A DNA stretch of 33,839 nucleotides from assembly GCA_963676915.2 (NCBI GenBank), contig CAXXVK010000050.1, forward strand, positions 1-33,839, given 5' to 3'. The position numbers and the translations under genes were made by a program. The notes beneath the pieces were generated by a model. That model did no database searches. It was given only the letters and a program-made list of their open reading frames with translations, and was not told where the DNA came from. Shown here in pieces: positions 17,462-27,549 of the stretch (position 1 is the stretch's first letter; each line of letters opens with the position of its first letter). This stretch comes from Myxococcota bacterium (GTDB lineage: Bacteria > Myxococcota_A > SURF-8 > G963663525).

Positions 17462-18082
17462 TCAAGGTTTAGAGATCGAAGTAAAATACTCGTTGTGTTC
17501 CATTTTTTTCCAAAACATCTTGCGTGCCTGATGCAATCGCGACCAGACAGCCTGGACGGAACAGTCAAGAATTTCGGCGATTTCCGCCGAACCCATCTGT
17601 TCCATTTCCGCAAGGACATACACCTGCCTCAATTTCGGAGGCATGGAATTGACAACATCGTATACTTTGACAAGCGCTTCACGGTCGAGCAGATCCTTTT
17701 CACTTGAAGGGTGCGTCGTGTCTACAACAACCGTGCCTTCGAACAGGCTGTTTCGATCGTCCCGGCGGACTTTCTGCCGCAGGTACTGATTCGAGACGTT
17801 CATGCAGATCCTGAATACCCAGGATGTGAACTTGGCCTGCCCTTTGAAGCTTTTCAACGAACGAAAAATTTCCATCAGCGCTGTTTGCACAACATCTTCG
17901 AGTTCTGCCGTACCAGGTCCGAGGAACCGGGCCATCATCCGACGCACGACCGGGTAGGTCATGGCGAAAAGCCGATCCAGTGCGGCGCGTTCACCGCGTC
18001 TGCACCGCCTCAACAACTCCGGGTCTGGGTTGTCGTCTCGGGTGGTATTCCCTTTTGAAGCAATCAGCAAACTCAAAAACAT
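17462..18082 (-). CDS. ECF (sigma-70 group 4) RNA polymerase sigma factor
   Basis: Region 2: EDVVQTALMEIFRSLKSFKGQAKFTSWVFRICMN. Region 4: MPPKLRQVYVLAEMEQMGSAEIAEILDCSVQAVWSRLHQAR. Confidence 0.95.
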   Translation of the reverse strand: MFLSLLIASKGNTTRDDNPDPELLRRCRRGERAALDRLFAMTYPVVRRMMARFLGPGTAELEDVVQTALMEIFRSLKSFKGQAKFTSWVFRICMNVSNQYLRQKVRRDDRNSLFEGTVVVDTTHPSSEKDLLDREALVKVYDVVNSMPPKLRQVYVLAEMEQMGSAEIAEILDCSVQAVWSRLHQARKMFWKKMEHNEYFTSISKP

Positions 18083-18147
18083 CGTGGCGCTCCCTGAAAT
18101 TCACCCTATAGGTTGATCTTCTTCGGGAATCCTTGCATTTTTTTTAT

Positions 18148-19284
18148 TTATTTTAACCAATCCATGGCCATACCCAGTTTCAGGGTCATTCCGAAGGTTG
18201 GTTCGAGGTACAATCGCTCACCCAGAGCGGCGTATTCCTGACCTCTGGGGGTCCAGAACAGCGAGTAGTTGGCGAACATCGAAATCTGATCGGTAAACAG
18301 GTAATGGTACCCTGCGGAAAGCCCCATGCCGATGACAGTTCGATGCACCTTGCTTTCTTTCAACATGCCGCTGGGATCTTCGAGCCTGAGACGGCTGTAG
18401 CGTGCCTGGGCATTGACTTCCATGTACAATTCCTGTCCCTTGGATTCCCAATAATATCGCCCACCTGCAAAAACGGGAATGGACAGAAAGTCGATGTCGT
18501 AAATTTCGTGATCGATGCCGAAAGGTGGGTAGATTTCCGTCCCGACCAACATGGCGAAAGGAGGAGCGGCAGAGTAAACGGCTGTCATTCCGAAGCCGAT
18601 ACGGGCGTTTTTTCCACTTGGCATCCATGCGCCGGAGGCGGCGAATTCCGTTCCGAATTTCGCCAGAACGACCCGTTTTCTCGGCAACAATTGAGCGGTC
18701 AATTCCACCGGTTGGGTTTCGTTTTCTATGGCGGGTTGTTCGGTAGCAGGGTAGGGCGCTTCCGGTGATGGCATGTCCTGCAAGGCGGTCAACAGGTTGC
18801 CCCAGATCGTGGCCCATAAGGGAGCCAGCGTCATTGGGTCGCCATCGATGGGTACGTCCCGCTCGACCCAGTATTGGGGATATCCGGGAACGGTAGCGAA
18901 AAGGGCGGGTTGGTCATCCCGGCGGAAAAATCCCACCACGACCAGAATGCTTGGGTTGTCGATACCTTGTTCCAGGATGCGACGAATGTTGCAATAGCAG
19001 TCATCGGAGATTTCCCAGGCGATGGCATCGAACGGTCGTTCAAGATGCTGTGCCAGATAGTACATGGCTTCGGAACTGATTTTCTCGGCACGTTTTTCGG
19101 GAGGGCGGACCCATAGCAATGTAAATGTCTCACCCGATGAAAAATCGAGAACAGGGGCAGGGGGAGGAGAAGTCTCCTCCGCAACGACATCACCGAGAAA
19201 AGTGAACCATATACCCGCAAAAATGGTTAAAAACCGTAGGAACAAAAACGTCCTCGGCGGTTTATGGTTCGGACTCTCGTTCAT
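18148..19284 (-). CDS. Secreted protein with probable C-terminal outer-membrane beta-barrel
   Basis: Signal peptide, Pro-rich linker, alternating amphipathic strands (IPVFAGGRYYW, GMGLSAGYHYLF, GMTLKLGMAMDW). Confidence 0.55.
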   Translation of the reverse strand: MNESPNHKPPRTFLFLRFLTIFAGIWFTFLGDVVAEETSPPPAPVLDFSSGETFTLLWVRPPEKRAEKISSEAMYYLAQHLERPFDAIAWEISDDCYCNIRRILEQGIDNPSILVVVGFFRRDDQPALFATVPGYPQYWVERDVPIDGDPMTLAPLWATIWGNLLTALQDMPSPEAPYPATEQPAIENETQPVELTAQLLPRKRVVLAKFGTEFAASGAWMPSGKNARIGFGMTAVYSAAPPFAMLVGTEIYPPFGIDHEIYDIDFLSIPVFAGGRYYWESKGQELYMEVNAQARYSRLRLEDPSGMLKESKVHRTVIGMGLSAGYHYLFTDQISMFANYSLFWTPRGQEYAALGERLYLEPTFGMTLKLGMAMDWLK

Positions 19285-19323
19285 CTGGTCCCATTGGGCA
19301 AAGGATCGGCTAGCCTGGGTTCT

Positions 19324-20262
19324 TTATGAATTTTCCGGGCTAACTTGGGGAACTTCTTTTTCGCCGAACACGCGGTTCCAGAAGGTTGTCAAAACCCACA
19401 CGACAGCCGCGCCGAAAGAAACGAAAAGTAGTGCCCCGGTCAATAGCGTCTGAATTTGGAAACAAAGGTTCGCCACCACTTGCCAGATTGTGGAGGACAA
19501 CCATCCCATGGCTGCCAGTATAAAGCAGACGGCCAAAAGCGCAAATGAAAGCACGATTCCAGGCCACCACGCAGTTCGCATGTCGCTTGGTGAGGGCGAA
19601 AGATGGGAGCCGACCGAGAGGAGAACGTAGAGGTAGAAAAAGAATTCGAAATCCATCGTCTCTGCGGCGCGGACGAGTTCGGACACGAATCGGCCGGTGC
19701 TGTCGAGTAGAGAAGAATAGAATAGGTGCAAAATTCCAAGTGTTTCCAGTGGGTTGACGAACTTTTGCGGTTCGGTTTGCAGCAATTGTGGGTAGAATTT
19801 CCAACTTACGAAGTAAATCACCAGCGATCCGCCGACGAAAGGAGCGAGCGAAATCAAAAAGTTACCGGGAATTCGCTGGTACCAGCTTTTTGGATCGTAG
19901 GCATGATCCACCCACCCCAAAGAGAGGTTTCTTGAATCCGGTTTGAAAAGCGCGAAATCGACGATTTTATGTCGTGCCAGAACGCAGGCGAGGTAGTGGC
20001 TGTATTCATGGACTGGGGTGCCGATCCATGCGGTGGCTAGTACACCGGACCAACCAAAACTGCGGTACAATCTATAATTGATGAATTTTCCCAGGAAATA
20101 CAAAAGAGTACAGATCACAGCAAGCGGAAGCAGACAAGTTATACCAAGCAGTAAAATACTGTTCGACGTATCCGCTAACCAGACGAGTATCCGTACGGTG
20201 GTGTGATCCATGATTTCGAAACGTCCCAGAGTCCGTAAACAATATATTGAATATTGTACCAT
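19324..20262 (-). CDS. Polytopic membrane protein with HExxH motif (M50-like/zincin putative metallopeptidase)
   Basis: IGTPVHEYSHYLAC, LGWVDH, FLISLAPF, SHLSPSPSD; several TM helices. Start may be ATG 20211. Confidence 0.65.
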   Translation of the reverse strand: MVQYSIYCLRTLGRFEIMDHTTVRILVWLADTSNSILLLGITCLLPLAVICTLLYFLGKFINYRLYRSFGWSGVLATAWIGTPVHEYSHYLACVLARHKIVDFALFKPDSRNLSLGWVDHAYDPKSWYQRIPGNFLISLAPFVGGSLVIYFVSWKFYPQLLQTEPQKFVNPLETLGILHLFYSSLLDSTGRFVSELVRAAETMDFEFFFYLYVLLSVGSHLSPSPSDMRTAWWPGIVLSFALLAVCFILAAMGWLSSTIWQVVANLCFQIQTLLTGALLFVSFGAAVVWVLTTFWNRVFGEKEVPQVSPENS

Positions 20263-20433
20263 GGATGTTTCTTAAAATCGATAACTATCTCATTTTTCTT
20301 GCATTTGAATGCTTTTCAAGCAGGGGAACAGTCTCATTTATAGACTGAATCCACAAAGACGGAGCCAATTTTAAACGGAATTCTCCTCTAAGAAATATGT
20401 AGGATTCTACAATTTCACGACCTACGAAAGGCG

Positions 20434-21720
20434 CTAGTCCGGTATAGGTTCCAGGTCGTTTTCTCCAAACGCTTTTAAATGCGCTGGATGAACGCCGGGG
20501 CATTGTTTGCGCCAGCGACATTGGGCGCAGGGTTCGGGATGAACCAGACCGAAATCCTCTAAATCCTCTTTGAAAGGACGTTGGGCTACGGCTTCGCGGC
20601 AGTCTTGCGGGTATCCGCAGGGAGGAAGTCGACCGATGATAAACGGCTGGTTGTTTTGGCAGAGGTCGTCCAGCTTGCGTAACTCCTGAAACGATGGAGA
20701 TAACTCCCCGTAACCCCAGCCGTAGCCTTTGTCGGGAAACCACAGTCCGACGAAGTATTCCCAGCCCTTTCCTTCGCAGATTCGCGCCGTTTCGAGAAAG
20801 TCGTGAAGGTTCTGGCGCATCAGGGGTAGGTTGAGTTGGAAGGCGACGCCGTTTTTCTCCAGGTTTTCAATAGCTTTGAGCAAAACGGCCAGTGCTCCCG
20901 ATGTTTGCACGATACCATCGTAAGTAGCAGCGTCGAAACTATGTAGTGGCAGGAAGACTTTGTCCAGACCGGCTTCGGCCAGTCGGGCGACGTGCTCATG
21001 GTCTTGCAGTCCGCTACCTGGAGCTTGTACCTCAACTCGTTGAAAACCGGCATTTTTTGCTCGCTGAATGGTTTCTTCGAGATAGGGATTCAATGTGGCA
21101 TCGGGGCCGTGAATCAACAGGGTAGTGTTGAGGGAAGCCTGCCGTTCGATCCAGCCGAAATTCGGACGTGTCAGTGCGTTTGGAGCCAGTCGTTCCGAGA
21201 TCGACAAATGTAAGTCGAACGCCGCTTGTTTCCAACGATGAAAACGGGAGAATTTCTGCCGGTAGTGATCCTGACACAGCAGGCAACGTCGGCCACAGCG
21301 GGAATGAAGCGAAATCTCGGCCCGACCTTCCGGGGGGCGGGATAAATCGTTGAAATTCTTGATATCCGGCGTGCGTGCTGTTTTCGGCAATTTTCCGGCG
21401 AAAAGCGTTTTGGGAGGTTTGGGCGTATCTTGGGATACGAGGCTTACAAGGAGCGCTGCATAGCTTTCGGGAGGCTGCACGGTGGTGTCGTCGGGAGGGT
21501 TGCGCAAGATACTGAAATCCACATAGTTTCCGGTGACATCCGACGTACCATGACCGCCGGGTCGCACTTCGATCCAGACTTTTTCGTTGTCTCGGAGATA
21601 AACCAACAGAAAGCGGTTGGGTTCCTCTATCACTCGTTCGAGATCCCAGCCATCGATTCGAGCGTTCAAGCCTACATCTCGTATCCAGGCCATCGATTCG
21701 GAAATGTTGTTTTCACGCAT
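20434..21720 (-). CDS. Radical SAM protein with C-terminal CxxC-x5-C motif (HxsC-like architecture)
   Basis: CGRRCLLC (CxxxCxxC). LAEAGLDKVFLPLHSFDAATYDGIVQTSGA..KAIENL. C-terminal PCAQCRWRKQCPGV..HL..FG...L.P. Confidence 0.75.
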   Translation of the reverse strand: MRENNISESMAWIRDVGLNARIDGWDLERVIEEPNRFLLVYLRDNEKVWIEVRPGGHGTSDVTGNYVDFSILRNPPDDTTVQPPESYAALLVSLVSQDTPKPPKTLFAGKLPKTARTPDIKNFNDLSRPPEGRAEISLHSRCGRRCLLCQDHYRQKFSRFHRWKQAAFDLHLSISERLAPNALTRPNFGWIERQASLNTTLLIHGPDATLNPYLEETIQRAKNAGFQRVEVQAPGSGLQDHEHVARLAEAGLDKVFLPLHSFDAATYDGIVQTSGALAVLLKAIENLEKNGVAFQLNLPLMRQNLHDFLETARICEGKGWEYFVGLWFPDKGYGWGYGELSPSFQELRKLDDLCQNNQPFIIGRLPPCGYPQDCREAVAQRPFKEDLEDFGLVHPEPCAQCRWRKQCPGVHPAHLKAFGENDLEPIPD

Positions 21721-23206
21721 GTAAGTTTCGGTCCCTGCCGAAAGTCTGGACCAGTCCTTTCAGCATTTCTATAGCCGCGTTATCGAATTGACCTTGCATC
21801 AGTTTCCAGCGCCAGTTGTTTTCAATCGTTCCGGGAATATTGATCCGGCAGGAAGAGTCCATTCCGAGCACATCCTGAATGGGAACGATGGCCAGTTTCG
21901 CCACGGATGCAAAAGCCAGCCGCATCATATGGTAATGACAGAATCCTCCATCCGTGGCGGTAACTCGCCGGAAATAATCGCGTTCTTTCTCGGTGGCGGT
22001 GGTGTACCAGCCGACGGTCGTGTCGTTGTCGTGGGTTCCGGTATAGACGACGCTCTGCGGTTCGTGATGGAAGGGCAGGTGCTCGTTTAAGCCGTCGGAA
22101 GCGAAGGCGAATTGAAGCACACGCATGCCGGGTAATGACCATCGTTTGCGCAAAGCGGTTACTTCTTTCGTAATGATTCCAAGGTCTTCTGCTATAAACG
22201 GCGCGTCGCCCACCTCTTTTTTAACGGCATCGAAAAAAGTATCTCCCGGTCCTTTCACCCATTCGCCGTCTTTGGCCGTTTCCGCTTCGACGGGTATTTC
22301 CCAATACGATTCGAACGCCCGGAAATGATCGATGCGCAGGCAATGTACGAGGCGCAGGTTTCCACGCAAGCGAGAAATCCACCAACGAAAGTTTTCGTTT
22401 TCGTGGTGTTTCCAGTCGTAAACCGGTGTTCCCCAACGTTGACCGTCCTCGGCGAAGAAATCCGGTGGAACCCCGGAGACGACCGTGGGTCTTCCTTGTT
22501 TGTCGAGTTTGAATTCCTGGGGATGCGCCCAGACATCGGCGCTGTCTCGGGCGCAGTAAATCGGAAGATCGCCGATCAGTCCGATACCGTTTTGCTCCGC
22601 CGCTTCCCGTAATGCGTCCCATTGTTCGAAGAAGCGAAATTGCAGATACTGTTGATGCAGGATCTCGTCGTTATAACGTTTACGAAATTCCACCAAAGCG
22701 TTGGCGTCGCGAGTGCGGAGGTCTTCCGGCCAATCCCACCACGGAGACAAATTCTGCGTTTCGCGAATGGCGGCGAACAAGGTCCATTCGTCGAGCCATT
22801 TTGCTTCTTTTGCGACAAATTCATCCAAACCCGCACGATTTCGTCCCGAAAGAAAAGTCTGGCTGGCTTTTCTCAAAAGGTTTTGACGATTGCGGGCGAT
22901 GCCCTCGTAATCGATGATCGAACGTTCCTCGGTTCGTGCCGAATCCAGGTCTTTTTTATCGAGATCCCCCGTTTCGCAGAGTGTATCGAGGGAAATCAGC
23001 CACGGCGATCCGGCCCAGGAGGATTGTGCAACGTAAGGGTTGCCATCCGGTGACGGTCCCAGCGGCAGAATCTGCCACCAGCTTTGGCCACTTTGCTTAA
23101 GAGCATCTAAAAAGGCATGAGCTTCGCAACCCAGATCACCGATGCCGTTGGGACCGGGAAGACTGGCGATGGGAAGCAGGATACCGGCGGAACGTTCGAA
23201 CTTCAT
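21713..23206 (-). CDS. malQ: 4-alpha-glucanotransferase (amylomaltase, GH77)
   Basis: RSAGILLPIASLPG..GIGDLG, WQILPLGP, IGDLPIY..DSADVW, GVPPDFF..GQRWG.P.YDW, RIDHFRAF, IAEDLG, YTGTHDNDT, RINIPG..NWRW. Confidence 0.96.
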   Translation of the reverse strand: MKFERSAGILLPIASLPGPNGIGDLGCEAHAFLDALKQSGQSWWQILPLGPSPDGNPYVAQSSWAGSPWLISLDTLCETGDLDKKDLDSARTEERSIIDYEGIARNRQNLLRKASQTFLSGRNRAGLDEFVAKEAKWLDEWTLFAAIRETQNLSPWWDWPEDLRTRDANALVEFRKRYNDEILHQQYLQFRFFEQWDALREAAEQNGIGLIGDLPIYCARDSADVWAHPQEFKLDKQGRPTVVSGVPPDFFAEDGQRWGTPVYDWKHHENENFRWWISRLRGNLRLVHCLRIDHFRAFESYWEIPVEAETAKDGEWVKGPGDTFFDAVKKEVGDAPFIAEDLGIITKEVTALRKRWSLPGMRVLQFAFASDGLNEHLPFHHEPQSVVYTGTHDNDTTVGWYTTATEKERDYFRRVTATDGGFCHYHMMRLAFASVAKLAIVPIQDVLGMDSSCRINIPGTIENNWRWKLMQGQFDNAAIEMLKGLVQTFGRDRNLHA

Positions 23207-23218
23207 TGATTTTCCATG

Positions 23219-23244
23219 AAAAAAGGGGCGACAAGCGCCCCTTT
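23219..23244 (-). terminator. Intrinsic terminator after eno
   Basis: Minus strand reads AAAGGGGCG-cttgt-CGCCCCTTTTTT. Confidence 0.85.
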
Positions 23245-23264
23245 CATTAACGGTTCAGGTCGCT

Positions 23265-24548
<1,284 letters not shown>

Positions 24549-24601
24549 TTACCCCTCTTCAATTGTGGGCGAGTAGCAAATCAGGAGTGCTTTTTACTCC
24601 A

Positions 24602-24853
24602 TCATCCTTTTCTACGAATCTTTCTTCTACCCGACAGGTTACGGGCCGAGCGGCGCTTCGTTGCCTGTTCGGACATCGTGACTTTTCCGTTGGCGATTTC
24701 TCGCAAAGCCACTGTTCCTTCTTTGTTTTTCGGATAGTTGACGAGTGCCTCATCGCCTTCGAGAAGCATTTTGGTCCGTTTGGACGCCATGTGAATCAGC
24801 ACGAAACGGTTGTTCACTTTTTCAAGGCAATCTTCAATCGTAACTCTGGCCAT
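24602..24853 (-). CDS. rpoZ: RNA polymerase omega subunit
   Basis: MARVTIEDCLEKVNNRFVLIHMASKR..L....NK..VALREIA.G. Confidence 0.95.
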   Translation of the reverse strand: MARVTIEDCLEKVNNRFVLIHMASKRTKMLLEGDEALVNYPKNKEGTVALREIANGKVTMSEQATKRRSARNLSGRRKIRRKG

Positions 24854-24890
24854 ATTGCATACCCGTCGGTTCAAGTACTAAGGACGAAAC

Positions 24891-24919
24891 ATCATAATGA
24901 CATCGAACGCAAGTTGCAA
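24891..24919 (-). promoter_or_regulatory. Putative sigma70 promoter for rpoZ(-eno)
   Basis: Minus strand TTGCAA-17 bp-TATGAT, about 37 nt upstream of the rpoZ ATG. Confidence 0.55.
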
Positions 24920-24990
24920 GCGAAAATGCAGGAACTCGCCGGGAATTTCAAGGAAAAATCTCGTTTTTTTCAATATTTTTCCCATTTCGA

Positions 24991-26142
24991 TCATCTATTG
25001 AGTCTATCTTCAACGCTTTTGTGTTTGTGGTTCGGTTTTCCCAACCAGCCTTTTTTTCTGAAATAAAGAACCATTCCCAAAGCCATGGCAGACATAAGAC
25101 CCAGAACCAAAGGATAACCGAACCTCCAGGAAAGCTCCGGCATGTTCCAGGGAGACGTTTTCGCGTCGAAGTTCATGCCGTACAGTCCAGCAATGAAACC
25201 AAGTGGAATAAAGATGGTGGCGATCAGGGTCAGAAGACGCATGACATCGTTCATGCGGTTACTCAGACCCGACATGTAGACGTTGACCAGCTCTGTGGCG
25301 ATTTCGCGGTAATGTTCAATAAGATCGATGACTTGTAAGACGTGGTCGGAACAGTCGCGCAAGAAGGGCAGTGTATCTTCTTTGAAATAATCCACATCAC
25401 CCCTAAGCAGCGGTTGAAAGACATCGCGAAGCGGCCAGACGGTTCGCCGTATCGCCGCAAGATCGCGTTTTACCTTGTAGATTTGCGCCATGGTGTCTTC
25501 GTCCCAGGAATTCAGGGACTCTTCTTCGAGGGCTTCCAGACGGTCGCCGTAGGTTTCCAGCAAAGGAAAATTATGGTCCACGATCGAATCGAGCAGAGCG
25601 TAGGCTAAGTAGTCCGCGCTGCTACGAATGCGACCTTTGCCTTTGCGAAGCCGTTGCCGTGCGCCGTCGAACGCATCGTTTTCGCTTTCCTGGAACGACA
25701 GCACGAAGTTTTCGCCCAGAAACAGGGAAATCTGTTCGGAATGCAGCCGGTCACGCCAACTATTGTATCGAGCAACGAGGAACAGGATGTCGTCGAACTC
25801 CTCGATTTTAGGACGTTGGCTGCTGTTCAGCACATCTTCCAAGGCCAGGCGATGAAGCTGGAAAATTTCTCCCAGTTTGCTCAGTGTGTCGAGGTCACCC
25901 AAACCGGAAACGTGAACCCAGCTTGCAGGCCATTTTTTCCGCAATTCCGGTATTTCTTCGGGAGCTGTCACGCTGCGTTCTTCAACATTTTCGTCACCGG
26001 TTTCGGGAGAAAAGCCGAAAAATCGGATGGTCGTACGGGTGGCGTCCGGAGCGGTTTGCAACGTACCGGGTGCTTCCCCCGGATGGACGGGGCGAGAGGC
26101 TCCTCGAAATCGATCGAACGAGCGAGGAAATTTTCGTGCCAT
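24991..26142 (-). CDS. corA: Magnesium/cobalt transporter CorA
   Basis: LHRLALEDVLN..QRPKIEEF, N.RMNDVMRLLTLIATIFIPLGFIAGLYGMNF, MPELSWRFGYP, YFRKKGWL. Confidence 0.95.
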   Translation of the reverse strand: MARKFPRSFDRFRGASRPVHPGEAPGTLQTAPDATRTTIRFFGFSPETGDENVEERSVTAPEEIPELRKKWPASWVHVSGLGDLDTLSKLGEIFQLHRLALEDVLNSSQRPKIEEFDDILFLVARYNSWRDRLHSEQISLFLGENFVLSFQESENDAFDGARQRLRKGKGRIRSSADYLAYALLDSIVDHNFPLLETYGDRLEALEEESLNSWDEDTMAQIYKVKRDLAAIRRTVWPLRDVFQPLLRGDVDYFKEDTLPFLRDCSDHVLQVIDLIEHYREIATELVNVYMSGLSNRMNDVMRLLTLIATIFIPLGFIAGLYGMNFDAKTSPWNMPELSWRFGYPLVLGLMSAMALGMVLYFRKKGWLGKPNHKHKSVEDRLNR

Positions 26143-26155
26143 GGAATGTCTCCCG

Positions 26156-27043
26156 TCAGGCGATGTTTCGTAGGTTGTCCAGTGCGCGGGTTACCGGTGG
26201 ATCGAAATGGACATCCACCTGCGGGAAGGCGATGGTAATGCCCGCATCCTTGAAAGCGAACCAGATGGCTTTATTTAGTTCCGAGATATAGTAGCGTCGC
26301 CGCCAGGGGCTGGGCAGCGCCACCCAAAGGGCGAAATCAACGGAAGAACTGCCGAATTCCGTCATGTGTACCGAAGGCTCTTTGCTTTTGACGCGCCACG
26401 GTAGGTTTTCCACGATGTCGGTTAGAACATCGATCACCTTTTTCATGTCCGAATCATAGGTAACGCCCACTTTTGTGCCGATCCAGTAGAATTCGTCTTT
26501 GAAGGTAAGGTTTTTCACGTTGCCTTGGGACAGGATGGAATTCGGAATGATGATATCCTCCTCAAGCAACGTTCGGCCCACCGTGGTGCGAATTCCCATT
26601 TCAATGACCTTGACGATGGTGCCGTCCACTTCGAGGATGTCGCCGGGTTTGATGCTGCGTTCCACAAGCAGAATGATGCCTGAGACGAAGTTCTGTGTCA
26701 CGTTCTGCATGGCGAAGCCGACGGCGATGGCAAACACGGCACCAGCGGCGAACAGCGCGTTCATGTTGATCCCGACGGTCTGAAGGGCGATTCCCAGACC
26801 GACGAACATGATCAGGTAGTGCATCAAACGCAGAAGTGCGGCAAGCGTCCCTTGTTTGTTCTCGAATTTTTTATGCAAAGCCTTCTTGAGAACGCGTTGC
26901 AGCAGAAACGAGGCAAATAGCGCCAATATCGTTATTAGAACGAATGTAAACAGAGACAATAGCGTTACCTCTGTACCCGCAAGGGTAAACAGAGGTTTGG
27001 TAAGCCAATGATTCGCCCATAGAGAAATGGTTTCCTGCGTCAT
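26156..27043 (-). CDS. mscS: Small-conductance mechanosensitive channel (MscS family)
   Basis: GAVFAIAVGFAMQNVTQNFVSGIILLVERSIKPGD, IIIPNS, VGVTYDSD, EFGSSSVDF, GITIAFPQVDVH. SD AAAGGAG precedes ATG 27043. Confidence 0.92.
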   Translation of the reverse strand: MTQETISLWANHWLTKPLFTLAGTEVTLLSLFTFVLITILALFASFLLQRVLKKALHKKFENKQGTLAALLRLMHYLIMFVGLGIALQTVGINMNALFAAGAVFAIAVGFAMQNVTQNFVSGIILLVERSIKPGDILEVDGTIVKVIEMGIRTTVGRTLLEEDIIIPNSILSQGNVKNLTFKDEFYWIGTKVGVTYDSDMKKVIDVLTDIVENLPWRVKSKEPSVHMTEFGSSSVDFALWVALPSPWRRRYYISELNKAIWFAFKDAGITIAFPQVDVHFDPPVTRALDNLRNIA

Positions 27044-27397
27044 GTATGGTTCTCCTTTCACACAGCTTGCCTTAATATATCGTCAATTGGACAGAGTAGT
27101 TCGTTTTACGAAATGTCTGGTCCATGGATTGATCGCGCTTTGGAAAATTCATCCACTATGAAAAGGTAAACAAAGATCCACCAAAAGGCAACGTTTCCGG
27201 TCGGACGAGAATAGGAGCCATTGTACAAAGACAAAGGATAAACTTGCGTGTCCGACCATCTTTCTTCTAGAATACTAACGTGATCGGTGAAACGATGACG
27301 AGATCGATAAAGTGCTTTCGTTCCATCGTTCCTTTTCGCAACTGAATTCGTGGTTTGATACTACTACATCGTTATTTTCATTGATTCGAGGAGAATC

Positions 27398-27427
27398 ATG
27401 TTCCGTATCTGTCGGCGAAAAACCTGA
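27398..27427 (+). CDS. Putative 9-aa leader peptide MFRICRRKT
   Basis: SD GAGGAG (27388-27393) followed by aatc-ATG, 150 nt upstream of the Fe-S enzyme gene, then a 10-bp hairpin at 27437-27459. Confidence 0.35.
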   Translation: MFRICRRKT

Positions 27428-27502
27428 ACGGAAATCGTTGAAATCCGTGGGATTTCGACACGAACTATCAATCGCGAGTCTCCGTAACCCGCCGATTTTA
27501 AC

Positions 27503-27545
27503 CCTTCATGCGCGGGCGAGGAGATCGCCTCAACTCGCATGGAGG
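27503..27545 (+). promoter_or_regulatory. Hairpin sequestering the Shine-Dalgarno of the DCCP-like gene
   Basis: CCTTCATGCG (27503-27512) pairs with CGCATGGAGG (27536-27545) over 10 bp with one G-U. The 3' arm contains the GGAGG SD. Confidence 0.45.
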
Positions 27546-27549
27546 AATC

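Noticed and set aside
19324-21720. RiPP or His-Xaa-Ser cluster (radical SAM plus peptidase)
   Set aside because: No precursor peptide, HxS repeats, second maturase or transporter is visible, including in the 20263-20433 gap.
27425-27487. Selenocysteine read-through of the uORF TGA
   Set aside because: Read-through gives only a 29-aa peptide with no redox motif. A hairpin follows the TGA, but I cannot match it to a bacterial SECIS.
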